This document shows, piece by piece, positions 48,292-55,955 of a stretch of DNA of 55,955 bases. A model generated the notes under the pieces. That model was given only the letters and a program-made list of their open reading frames with translations. It was not told the DNA's origin and ran no database searches. Numbering within the stretch: the stretch's first letter is position 1; each line of letters opens with the position of its first letter. Position numbers and translations under genes: made by a program. This DNA comes from a virus (lineage: Duplodnaviria; Caudoviricetes), in the IMG/VR virus record IMGVR_UViG_3300020055_002530, positions 1 to 55,955 of that record, one strand, 5' to 3'.

Positions 48292-50337
48292 TTATTTACT
48301 TGTTGCGATAAACACACCATTCCAGTCTGATGGTAAATCTTGTGTTTTCATATACTCACAACGTTCAATCCACATATCATAGTAGCCTTCCATCTTGTGA
48401 TCAAAATGATCGTGTAGCAAACGACATTTATCTATAGCATCATCAAATCTTTGCGCACGATAATCTTCGTGCATTTGTTCGTGTTTCTTTTGTGCAGATA
48501 CCCAGGCAGGTCCTATGTCATCTAGCACAGTGTAAATACTCAATCCTACTGATTTACCTTTTACTTGTAAGTCATCTACTTTGAGCCAAAAGAAGTCGTC
48601 TTTGATTGCTTCGTATGTGCTTTCTCCCACAAGTAATAAGCATCCGTATTCTTTACATTTGGATTCAACTCGTGCTGCTGTGCTGACAGCATCCCCGAGA
48701 ACATCATAACTATGGCGCTTAGTGCTACCCATTTCACCAATATAGCCAAGCCCAGTATTGATCCCAGCGCCCATACCAACAGGCGGCCTTCCTTCTGGTA
48801 TAATAATGTCTTCATTAAACTTCTCCACTGCTTTTAACATATCTAATCCACACTGTACTGCTGTGCGAGCGTGATTAGGATCGTCTACGGGTGCATTATG
48901 TATGTGCATACTAGCATCACCAATATACTTGATTATCATTCCGTCTGCGTCTAGCACAGGTTGTGTAATGGCATCCATATAGCCGTTCATTATTCTTGTG
49001 AGTCCTTGCACGTCATCGCCAAATGATTCACCCAATGGAGTAAAGCCACGCAAGTCTGAGAATACAATACTGACTTCTCTTTTGGTGCCTTGTTTGATAA
49101 GTGCAGGATTTTCTTGCAATATTTTTACAACTGCTGGTGATGCATAACCTTCGAATTGTTTCTTTATTGCTTGTTTTTGCAAGAACTCATCTATGAACTT
49201 GAGCACATAGCGTTTTAATCCTACTAAAATTAAAAATGCTGCTGGTATAAACCCGTCGACGAGCAATCCGTACTGTGCAAATATATAGTAACTACCATAT
49301 AGGCCACCGCCAACTGCCAACACAAAAAAGGCTATGCCGAAATACGTCCATCGTGCGATTAAAATAAGTATTATACCTGCTGCTACAAAGGCGGCTAACT
49401 CTGCCCATTGTTCTGCATCTGGTTGTCTTGCAATGTTTGATTCATTAAAAACTGTACCTAACATTGCTGCTTGGATTTCATGTGGAAACACTGAACCTGC
49501 TGCTGTTGCAAGTGGCTGTGTTACACCTGCTGCTGTAGGTCCTACAAACACTATACCTCCAGCAAAATCATCTGGTAAATCTACTGCGCTGTAAGACTTT
49601 GACTTTTGACTCCAGTCTATCCATACTTCGCCTGTTGGTGATGTTTGTATAATACCAAACTGTGGTATACGCAACTTGTCTACACCCATAGGAGATAGTT
49701 TGATTTGGAAACTTGGATCACCTGCTAATACACGAAGCACTTCCATAGTAACATTTGGATACAATGTGCCTCCGGATTCAACCACTAATGGTATGCGTCT
49801 AGTTACACCATCTATTTCTGGCCAGCTGTTTGTAATGCCTGACCCAACTGCTGAATTTTCGATATCGGGGACATTTGCAATGATTCCTGGCACACTAGGA
49901 ATAGTGTAAAGATAATCACTGTTAACGATAGTAGCACCAGGATTGATTGGTTCATTTTTATTTTCCTCTGCCCCCAGCATTGTGATAATAACTGGAAGTT
50001 GTGACATAGTCAAGGCAAGATCGATATCCTCGCCTTGACGGTCTGTTTCGCTCATCAACACGTTAAACACAACTAGTCCAGCGCCTCTGGCATACAACTC
50101 CTCTATGAGGCTACCATAATCACCTCTTGGCCAAGGCCATTGCCCGTATTCCTCTAAACTTGATTCGTCAATGTTAACAGTGTAGATGTTGTTTTCTACG
50201 GCTTGCTGATTCACTATCAGTGTATCAAAGTATCGTAGTTTAAGACTTTCTAAGAACGGTGGATTGCTGTACATCACCCACGCAAGAATGCCCAAAACTA
50301 TAATGCTCCAAATAGGGGAAAATATTATCTTTTTCAT
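48292..50337 (-). CDS. CHASE2-domain membrane class III adenylate cyclase
   Basis: N-terminal TM; CHASE2 motifs VNIDESSL..GQWPWPR, DGVTRRIPL; three TMs; cyclase motifs FSDLRGFT, KYIGDA, GINTG, YDVLGDAVSTAARVE and VKGK. Confidence 0.92.
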   Translation of the reverse strand: MKKIIFSPIWSIIVLGILAWVMYSNPPFLESLKLRYFDTLIVNQQAVENNIYTVNIDESSLEEYGQWPWPRGDYGSLIEELYARGAGLVVFNVLMSETDRQGEDIDLALTMSQLPVIITMLGAEENKNEPINPGATIVNSDYLYTIPSVPGIIANVPDIENSAVGSGITNSWPEIDGVTRRIPLVVESGGTLYPNVTMEVLRVLAGDPSFQIKLSPMGVDKLRIPQFGIIQTSPTGEVWIDWSQKSKSYSAVDLPDDFAGGIVFVGPTAAGVTQPLATAAGSVFPHEIQAAMLGTVFNESNIARQPDAEQWAELAAFVAAGIILILIARWTYFGIAFFVLAVGGGLYGSYYIFAQYGLLVDGFIPAAFLILVGLKRYVLKFIDEFLQKQAIKKQFEGYASPAVVKILQENPALIKQGTKREVSIVFSDLRGFTPLGESFGDDVQGLTRIMNGYMDAITQPVLDADGMIIKYIGDASMHIHNAPVDDPNHARTAVQCGLDMLKAVEKFNEDIIIPEGRPPVGMGAGINTGLGYIGEMGSTKRHSYDVLGDAVSTAARVESKCKEYGCLLLVGESTYEAIKDDFFWLKVDDLQVKGKSVGLSIYTVLDDIGPAWVSAQKKHEQMHEDYRAQRFDDAIDKCRLLHDHFDHKMEGYYDMWIERCEYMKTQDLPSDWNGVFIATSK

Positions 50338-50504
50338 TTATTCACATTAATCCATACACAATCTACTGTCTGATTTTTGTCTGTAACAAGCACACTTGCT
50401 GCGCTCATAGCTGTGACACAAGTATCTTTATCTGGATAGTTGCCTAAATGATATGTTTCCATTTGTTGTGTGCTAGTTAAAGCTAACCATATTAATGCCC
50501 ACAT
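50334..50504 (-). CDS. Small secreted/membrane protein (56 aa); not in ORF track
   Basis: MWALIWLALTS..YPDKDTCV..VDCVWINVNK; ATGA overlap with the cyclase start. Confidence 0.6.
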   Translation of the reverse strand: MWALIWLALTSTQQMETYHLGNYPDKDTCVTAMSAASVLVTDKNQTVDCVWINVNK

Positions 50505-50668
50505 AAAACTTTCTCCAATAATTCTTTTTTCAAATGCTGGCCATTTTTGTTGAGAAAATCTCTAATATGGTCGTTGTTTTCTTTAGTATCCAATGGCATT
50601 GCTTCTCCGATCATTTCTGTGTCTGCAGGTAACTGATCAGCCACAGGTATTGTTTTTTCAAATTTCAT
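50492..50668 (-). CDS. Hypothetical protein (58 aa); not in ORF track
   Basis: MKFEKTIPVADQLP..EKVLCGH; GAGGAG SD; TAAATA at 50686-50691. Confidence 0.55.
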   Translation of the reverse strand: MKFEKTIPVADQLPADTEMIGEAMPLDTKENNDHIRDFLNKNGQHLKKELLEKVLCGH

Positions 50669-50688
50669 TGCCCTCTCCTCACTGGTAT

Positions 50689-51000
50689 TTATTCTTCTTC
50701 TTCCAGTACGTCAAAAAACATTTCAAATAATATAAGGAATATCATTACTACAAGTGCTGCAACGATCGTAAGTGGGATTAATATTGCTTTTACCCAGCGT
50801 GGTTTCTTTTCAATCCAGTGTATAACACGTTTTATATATTTTTTTATACTTTCAGCAAAAAAGTTACTTAGAGTAAAACGCACTAGTCGCATAACAATCA
50901 GTATAGGAGATGTGAGTACATCAAACAGTATCAAGAATAGGTCTACGGATAAGTCCACAATGTGATCCACATTGAACCATTTTTTTATCCGTTGCCACAT
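50689..51000 (-). CDS. Membrane protein
   Basis: Hydrophobic segments and acidic tail. Confidence 0.65.
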   Translation of the reverse strand: MWQRIKKWFNVDHIVDLSVDLFLILFDVLTSPILIVMRLVRFTLSNFFAESIKKYIKRVIHWIEKKPRWVKAILIPLTIVAALVVMIFLILFEMFFDVLEEEE

Positions 51001-51381
51001 TTACTTCTTCCAATTGTTTTTAGCCGTTAACTTTTTCTTAAGGGCATCCATTTCTTCTCGTTTTTTTCTTGCTTTCTCAACTTCTTTCATAGTATCTTCA
51101 TACCAGTTGCTGTTGTCTACCTTCTTATCATTCTTCTTGCGTACTGGAGGTTTTTCAGGTCCGGATACCTCCAATACACTACTGGGCTCTTCCTCTCTCT
51201 TGGTTTCAGTTTGAACCCTAGGTGTCGGTGGAGAAAAACTTTCTCGGAGTCGTTTGATTCGTTCTTGGAGGTTTTGTTGTTTTGACTCATAATACCTTTC
51301 ATACATTTTCTCCTTAAATCTTTGGTCCACTAGTTCCTCAACGTATGGCTTTAACATACTCATCAATAATTTTCGCAGCAT
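51001..51381 (-). CDS. Hypothetical charged coiled-coil protein
   Basis: TAATG-coupled start MLRKLL at 51381. Confidence 0.6.
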   Translation of the reverse strand: MLRKLLMSMLKPYVEELVDQRFKEKMYERYYESKQQNLQERIKRLRESFSPPTPRVQTETKREEEPSSVLEVSGPEKPPVRKKNDKKVDNSNWYEDTMKEVEKARKKREEMDALKKKLTAKNNWKK

Positions 51382-51863
51382 TACCAATTTCCGTTAAAAG
51401 CACCAATCACATAAATTATAACTCCTAATACTAACGCACCGGTTAGAGCAGCAAGTGTACCTACAACGAATTCTAATATTGCTTGCTTACGTTCTTCTGC
51501 TGCATAAATTGCTTCTTTGCGTTCTTTGCGCATTTTTGCTTCAATAGCAACTATTTCATCCCAAGCACTAGGACCATAGAAGAAACTGATGTAACCTTTG
51601 AGTTCATCACGCATTTCTTTTGCTTTTTGCTTGTGTCCCCAGACTTCCAATGCATTTTGTTCTATTTGGCTTTGACCAAATATCTTTTTAAACATTGGTG
51701 GATTTTCTGCCTGTCTATGTGCAAAATCTAAATCACTGATAGATGTTGCCCATTGGTTAAGTGTGCCAGCCATATCGCTAAGTTCTTTACCTGTGTCAAT
51801 AGCTGATTTTATTCCTCGGTATGCTGCCGTGGCCATACCAAGTGCTGATACTGGATCAATCAT
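51381..51863 (-). CDS. Phage membrane-anchored protein
   Basis: MIDPVSALGMATAAY N-terminus, coiled coil and C-terminal TM. Confidence 0.7.
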   Translation of the reverse strand: MIDPVSALGMATAAYRGIKSAIDTGKELSDMAGTLNQWATSISDLDFAHRQAENPPMFKKIFGQSQIEQNALEVWGHKQKAKEMRDELKGYISFFYGPSAWDEIVAIEAKMRKERKEAIYAAEERKQAILEFVVGTLAALTGALVLGVIIYVIGAFNGNW

Positions 51864-51902
51864 TCACCCTCTCTTTTCTAGCAGTTTGCCCTCTGCTATT
51901 GA

Positions 51903-51910
51903 TATTTATA
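51903..51910 (-). promoter_or_regulatory. T4-type late promoter
   Basis: Exact TATAAATA (T4 gp55 consensus) in an intergenic region; the TAAATA core recurs upstream of many genes. Confidence 0.65.
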
Positions 51911-51928
51911 TAAAAAAGAGGTTATGTA

Positions 51929-52285
51929 TTAGTTTATTATATATTCTATTCCAAAAACCAATCCTACATTTACTGTGTCATCGTGCCAAGTTTCATATGA
52001 TGGTGCTACGAATGCTCTTACAGAACCATAATCATATGTGCCTCTTACATAAGGTGCAATTGGACCAAATGCTGGATACCCTGTAACGCCTGCCAGTTCT
52101 ATACCTATGTTGTCCGTGATTTCCATCCTATGTCCTACATACACACTAAGCCTATCAACGCTGTTGTAGTATGCTCCTGCTATAGCGCCATCCTCTATAT
52201 ACCTTACGTGTGGATGAACATTGTTATAACTATCTGCTAGTCCTACGTGTGCGCTTAACGCTAGAGAGAATATTATCGGTTCCAT
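51929..52285 (-). CDS. Small outer-membrane beta-barrel-like protein
   Basis: Alternating hydrophobic beta-strands, C-terminal LVFGIEY; H..AYYNS..S.Y loosely PagP-like; start MEPII overlaps the curlin stop. Confidence 0.55.
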   Translation of the reverse strand: MEPIIFSLALSAHVGLADSYNNVHPHVRYIEDGAIAGAYYNSVDRLSVYVGHRMEITDNIGIELAGVTGYPAFGPIAPYVRGTYDYGSVRAFVAPSYETWHDDTVNVGLVFGIEYIIN

Positions 52286-53343
52286 TAGTTTTGACTCACT
52301 GTTACGTTGCAACCATTACCATTAGTGCAAATACCTGTCAGGCTGTAAGTCTTGTTTGTGTTTGTGTTATTAGTAGTCTGATTGCTAGTCACTGAATAAG
52401 CACCGCCGCTGTTTGTGAGATCAACTTCAAATGAATGTGCCATAGTGCCACGTTGACTGGCATCTACACTGTGATCATCACCTGTAAGCACTATGTCTGC
52501 CCATTGTTGTCCACCATTGCCTCTTTGATATAGTTCTACTGTGTTGCTGTCGCCTTGTATTTCTATAAAACCATCGTGTCCTGCTTTGCCTTTTTGTGTA
52601 TGTGTAACTGAATTGTCATCACCATTTACAACATTTGCTATATGATGTCCGGCACCACCACCACTGGCTCTGTTGGTGTCTGTTTGATAACTGTCTAGCA
52701 TATTATTATCGCCTGTAACAGTCCAGTATACTTCGTGATCACCAGTTTCGTCACCGTCTACAGTGTTATCTGAATGCTTGCCTTGCCAAGCATTGACAGC
52801 ATTATAATTACCCGATACTACAACACGGCTAAAGTTATTGTCTGATCCTTGATAACTATCTAAGTCATTGCTGTCTCCGTCGGCTTCTGCATACGATTCG
52901 TTGTAATCACCGTTTTGATATATTACGATTGTATTGCCATCATCACTGTAACTACTGCCAGTTTCGGCGTGAGCATCATTGTTGTCACCTAGTTGTGTAA
53001 CGCTCATTGTGCAGTCTTCACCGTGACAATCTATCACAGCCGCATTATTATCGCCAGTCTGTGTTAGAGTGCTACTACTATCTCCTATATCAGCATTGTA
53101 AAATCCAAGCGTATTGTTGTTGCCTGTTTGTGAATAAGTGTATGTTGAAGGACCATAACTTCCTAACAAACCTTTGTTTGATAGATTATTCAAATCACCA
53201 ATCTTGTTATTTTCTCCATCCTGAGTGATAGTCACAGTGACATCGTCACCTATCTGATTAATATAGATTTCATTACTAGAAGTTACGTTGGGTAATAGTA
53301 ATACTATTCCCGCCGCCCACGCCAACACGGTAGCCGTATTCAT
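52285..53343 (-). CDS. Curlin-repeat (CsgA/CsgB-like) secreted protein
   Basis: Signal peptide, then more than 10 imperfect Q-x-G-x-x-N repeats (QDGENN, QTGNNN, QTGDNN, QLGDNN, QNGDYN). Confidence 0.75.
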   Translation of the reverse strand: MNTATVLAWAAGIVLLLPNVTSSNEIYINQIGDDVTVTITQDGENNKIGDLNNLSNKGLLGSYGPSTYTYSQTGNNNTLGFYNADIGDSSSTLTQTGDNNAAVIDCHGEDCTMSVTQLGDNNDAHAETGSSYSDDGNTIVIYQNGDYNESYAEADGDSNDLDSYQGSDNNFSRVVVSGNYNAVNAWQGKHSDNTVDGDETGDHEVYWTVTGDNNMLDSYQTDTNRASGGGAGHHIANVVNGDDNSVTHTQKGKAGHDGFIEIQGDSNTVELYQRGNGGQQWADIVLTGDDHSVDASQRGTMAHSFEVDLTNSGGAYSVTSNQTTNNTNTNKTYSLTGICTNGNGCNVTVSQN

Positions 53344-54385
53344 AAAAACTCTCCTGTTCCATATCTATAGTGTATCCATAACCTTGATCCAATGTAAGTT
53401 GGAATATGTGCTGATCACCTTCTTGTCTACGCACGACAAAATTAGGAAATGGTTCATCATAAAAAATATTTGTTTCTGGATCAAGTCCTAAAAACTTTAC
53501 ATCTAATAATTCTTGGTTTTGCACTGTAAGTTCATCAATCCACTGTGCTAATATCTCCTGTAGTTGACGTTCCATTTCGTCTACCCACACAGGATTCAAG
53601 TAGGTCATATTGTCTAAGTCTGTTACCCAAATGTTTTTGATGCCTTCTATCAATGGATCTTTATCCAGTTCATCAAACTTTAGGAAATCAATGTCCAACA
53701 GATTGGTCTCTGGATAGCGTTTTACTATTTCTTCTGTGTATGGGTCTACTTTTCTTATTATTAACATTGATGTAAGCATATTTTCAGGCAAGTCTAATAT
53801 CACTGTAGGACCAGGTATCGCTCCGCTGTGTGGCACCACTGTGGTTTGATATGCTTGGTTCATTATAACCTGTCCAACATCTGATTCAACTGATATTTCG
53901 CCCACAATACATTGTCCTGATGCATCACAACTTGGTAACAATGTTATCATTGATCCACCTACTTCATCTATAATCATTATAAAGTCTGTGCCTCGCACGT
54001 TGATTGTAGCACTTGGTGTTCTTATATTCACACGTTGTCTGCTGTTCTTTGCTATTTGTCCTGACGCATAACGCACTGCTCCTAATGTGGCTTTCATACT
54101 TAGTGCGCCAGTTTTTGTGTTTGGGTCATAGATAAATTCGTCTATGGTCATACGTGAATGTTCTGTAACATCAACACGGGTCTCATCCACAAAGTCCATA
54201 CGTAAACTGCCTTTGCCTGTGATGATCCTATCGTTCATCTCAAGCCCAAGTCCTACTTCGCCGTCATACTTGAGTTGTTCACGTTCAACAACACTGCTGC
54301 CTTTATGCTGTGCTATTTCCCCAATGCTTGCGTATACAGGTGTGGTTAAAATTAATAGACTAATCAGACTGCGTAATATCAACAT
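53276..54385 (-). CDS. Secreted FecR-domain protein
   Basis: Signal peptide; DRIITG..FVDETRV..EHS..G.VR..TPSATINVRGTDF FecR signature. Confidence 0.85.
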   Translation of the reverse strand: MLILRSLISLLILTTPVYASIGEIAQHKGSSVVEREQLKYDGEVGLGLEMNDRIITGKGSLRMDFVDETRVDVTEHSRMTIDEFIYDPNTKTGALSMKATLGAVRYASGQIAKNSRQRVNIRTPSATINVRGTDFIMIIDEVGGSMITLLPSCDASGQCIVGEISVESDVGQVIMNQAYQTTVVPHSGAIPGPTVILDLPENMLTSMLIIRKVDPYTEEIVKRYPETNLLDIDFLKFDELDKDPLIEGIKNIWVTDLDNMTYLNPVWVDEMERQLQEILAQWIDELTVQNQELLDVKFLGLDPETNIFYDEPFPNFVVRRQEGDQHIFQLTLDQGYGYTIDMEQESFYEYGYRVGVGGGNSITITQRNF

Positions 54386-55097
54386 CATGCTCGTCACCTG
54401 AGAATGTAGCATCTACTGTGTTGTCTTTAACACCGCTTTGTTTAATGTAGTAGTTACTGCCGCCGCCGGTGATGTCAAGGGTAACGCTGTGTCCTGCACT
54501 GTCGCCATCTCCATCTTGATCTATCTCGATTACCGTACCACCTTGTCCTGATGTGTATGTTGATGTTGAATCTGATGTTGTTGCTGTGCTTATGGTGTTA
54601 CTGTTATCTAATGTAATGTTTACTACTGCGCTTGTTCCATCTACTTCAGTGATCAATATGTTTCCGTCACCGTCTACTTCAAAGTCTACCTGTGCTCCGT
54701 CAGCATCTGCTGTTTCACCAATTTCTAGATAGTACTTGTTGGTATCGCCTTGTGTTGCAATATTCAGCGTAACGTTTTCACAGTTTACACCTGATGTATC
54801 ATCACAGACCAAATCAACAAAATTGTTGTTGCCTGTAAAAGTCCAAGTACCAGTATATGAATTACCTTTTATTTTAGCATCAATAATATTGCTGTTACCT
54901 GTTTGTGTTATGCTGAACGTCATATCATCACCGTCCAGAGTTACATCGGTGGTTGAATCACCAAACTCGTTATCTGTTCCATCTTGGGTAATATCCAAGT
55001 CTAATGTGTCACCAATTTGTGTGATGTAAATCTCGTTTGCATACGCTGCACTTGCGAGAACCAATGACAGGATAGCCCCGTATAGTATTGCCCTCAT
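54360..55097 (-). CDS. Curlin-repeat-like secreted protein
   Basis: Signal peptide (AYA|NEIYITQIGD); QDGTDN, QTGNSN, QGDTN and QSGVKDN repeats; very acidic. Confidence 0.7.
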   Translation of the reverse strand: MRAILYGAILSLVLASAAYANEIYITQIGDTLDLDITQDGTDNEFGDSTTDVTLDGDDMTFSITQTGNSNIIDAKIKGNSYTGTWTFTGNNNFVDLVCDDTSGVNCENVTLNIATQGDTNKYYLEIGETADADGAQVDFEVDGDGNILITEVDGTSAVVNITLDNSNTISTATTSDSTSTYTSGQGGTVIEIDQDGDGDSAGHSVTLDITGGGSNYYIKQSGVKDNTVDATFSGDEHDVDITQSD

Positions 55098-55171
55098 TTT
55101 ATATCATCCTCCGGCTTACGCCAAACATATTTATCCGTCCCTCACAGCCACATAAATACAAAGATATTTAG

Positions 55172-55187
55172 TGTAAATATTTTTACA
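55172..55187. promoter_or_regulatory. Palindromic operator TGTAA-N6-TTACA
   Basis: Inverted repeat in the divergent intergenic region between the curlin-like and Fis-like genes. Confidence 0.5.
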
Positions 55188-55203
55188 GTAAAGTAGGTGT
55201 TTA

Positions 55204-55476
55204 ATGAATATAAATACAGTTATGAGCGCATTAGAAAAAGCAGAAAAAATACACAAAGAACAACAAGAATTTTGGGATACATTCGACGAAATTTGGCCTG
55301 TGCAAGACCGTCACTATGACGATAAATGCTTACACGACGAAGTAGATGATTTTATAATAGATAGGATTTCATCAGCTCTAAAAGAGTGCAATCACAATCG
55401 CACACACACTGCTGATAAATTAGGAATAAAAAGGGAAACGCTTTTGGCTAAGATGAAGAAGTATTGTCTTCTTTAA
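55204..55476 (+). CDS. Fis-type helix-turn-helix regulator
   Basis: ISSALKECNHNRTHTADKLGIKRETLLAKMKKY matches the Fis/HTH_8 pattern. Confidence 0.85.
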   Translation: MNINTVMSALEKAEKIHKEQQEFWDTFDEIWPVQDRHYDDKCLHDEVDDFIIDRISSALKECNHNRTHTADKLGIKRETLLAKMKKYCLL

Positions 55477-55955
55477 ACTTCCACAGTTTTTGTTCAGCGC
55501 CTTGATAAATTAATTCTATAATTGCTGCTTCTATGGCTTGACGCACTGCATAGTTTGTTGGTTCATTTACTGAATATCCAGTTTCTATTTCCAATGCTTC
55601 TGTGCCTAAATCAAAAAACTTAAATGCGCTCGCACCTTGTCTGTAACTTGCTATTGATTTTTCTGCTGCTACACTTACTAGTACACGCCCTGTGCTAACA
55701 CTTACAAGACGCATAGCAACTGTTACAGTGTCAACTCTGTATTCAACTGCTGTACCTACCCCCAAATACATAGCACCATTACCGCCAGTTTGAATATTGC
55801 TATCATAACCTACGATGCCGCCTTCGACTAACACACCTGCAAACTTCATTGCTGCTAATGGTGTAGGATTGTCTTTTTCATAGTTTTCTCTTGTGTTACG
55901 TATAAGTTGACGTTCTTTAATAACGTGATCCATTCCGCCACGTTCTACAACTTCA
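55448..55955 (-). CDS. csgG: Curli secretion channel CsgG, partial (5' end beyond window)
   Basis: EVVERGGMDHVIKERQLIR, EGGIVGYDSNIQTGG.GA.YLGVG, YRVDTVTVAMRLVSVSTG and E.GYSVNEP; frame open to window end. Confidence 0.9.
   Translation of the reverse strand, partial: EVVERGGMDHVIKERQLIRNTRENYEKDNPTPLAAMKFAGVLVEGGIVGYDSNIQTGGNGAMYLGVGTAVEYRVDTVTVAMRLVSVSTGRVLVSVAAEKSIASYRQGASAFKFFDLGTEALEIETGYSVNEPTNYAVRQAIEAAIIELIYQGAEQKLWKFKEDNTSSS

Noticed and set aside
1-55955. Interpretation as a bacterial chromosome (clpP, infA, iscA, csgG, tRNAs)
   Set aside because: These genes lack their usual bacterial neighbours (clpX/tig, iscSU, ribosomal operons) and are interspersed with T4-like structural genes, late-promoter motifs and many small hypothetical ORFs

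Overview
AT-rich, gene-dense 56 kb segment, almost entirely on the minus strand. It is best read as part of a large T4-like (myovirus/jumbo-type) phage genome, probably aquatic: it has T4 gp9/gp10-like structural proteins, recurring TAAATA late-promoter-like motifs, sigma70-type promoters, three CCA-ending tRNAs and host-like genes (iscA, uvsE, queD, clpP, infA). It contains: (i) giant tail/baseplate proteins; (ii) queD with a structured, riboswitch-like leader; (iii) a ~12 kb island of six radical SAM genes plus SGNH-like and glycosyltransferase-like genes; (iv) a trio of nucleotidyltransferase-like proteins, two with T4 capsid-targeting-like N-termini; (v) a tRNA cluster and Na+/solute symporter, divergent from an amidinotransferase/2OG-dioxygenase/PLP-enzyme operon; (vi) a nuclease-like + DNA methyltransferase + GHKL/MORC ATPase cassette, with an in-frame stop in the ATPase; (vii) a metallothionein-like micro-ORF missing from the ORF track; and (viii) a curli (CsgG + two curlin-like) locus interleaved with a FecR protein, a small beta-barrel protein, a Fis-like regulator and a CHASE2 adenylate cyclase. 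Item (viii) is the best candidate for an undescribed phage trans-envelope signalling system. All family calls come from motif recognition by eye, with no database searches.
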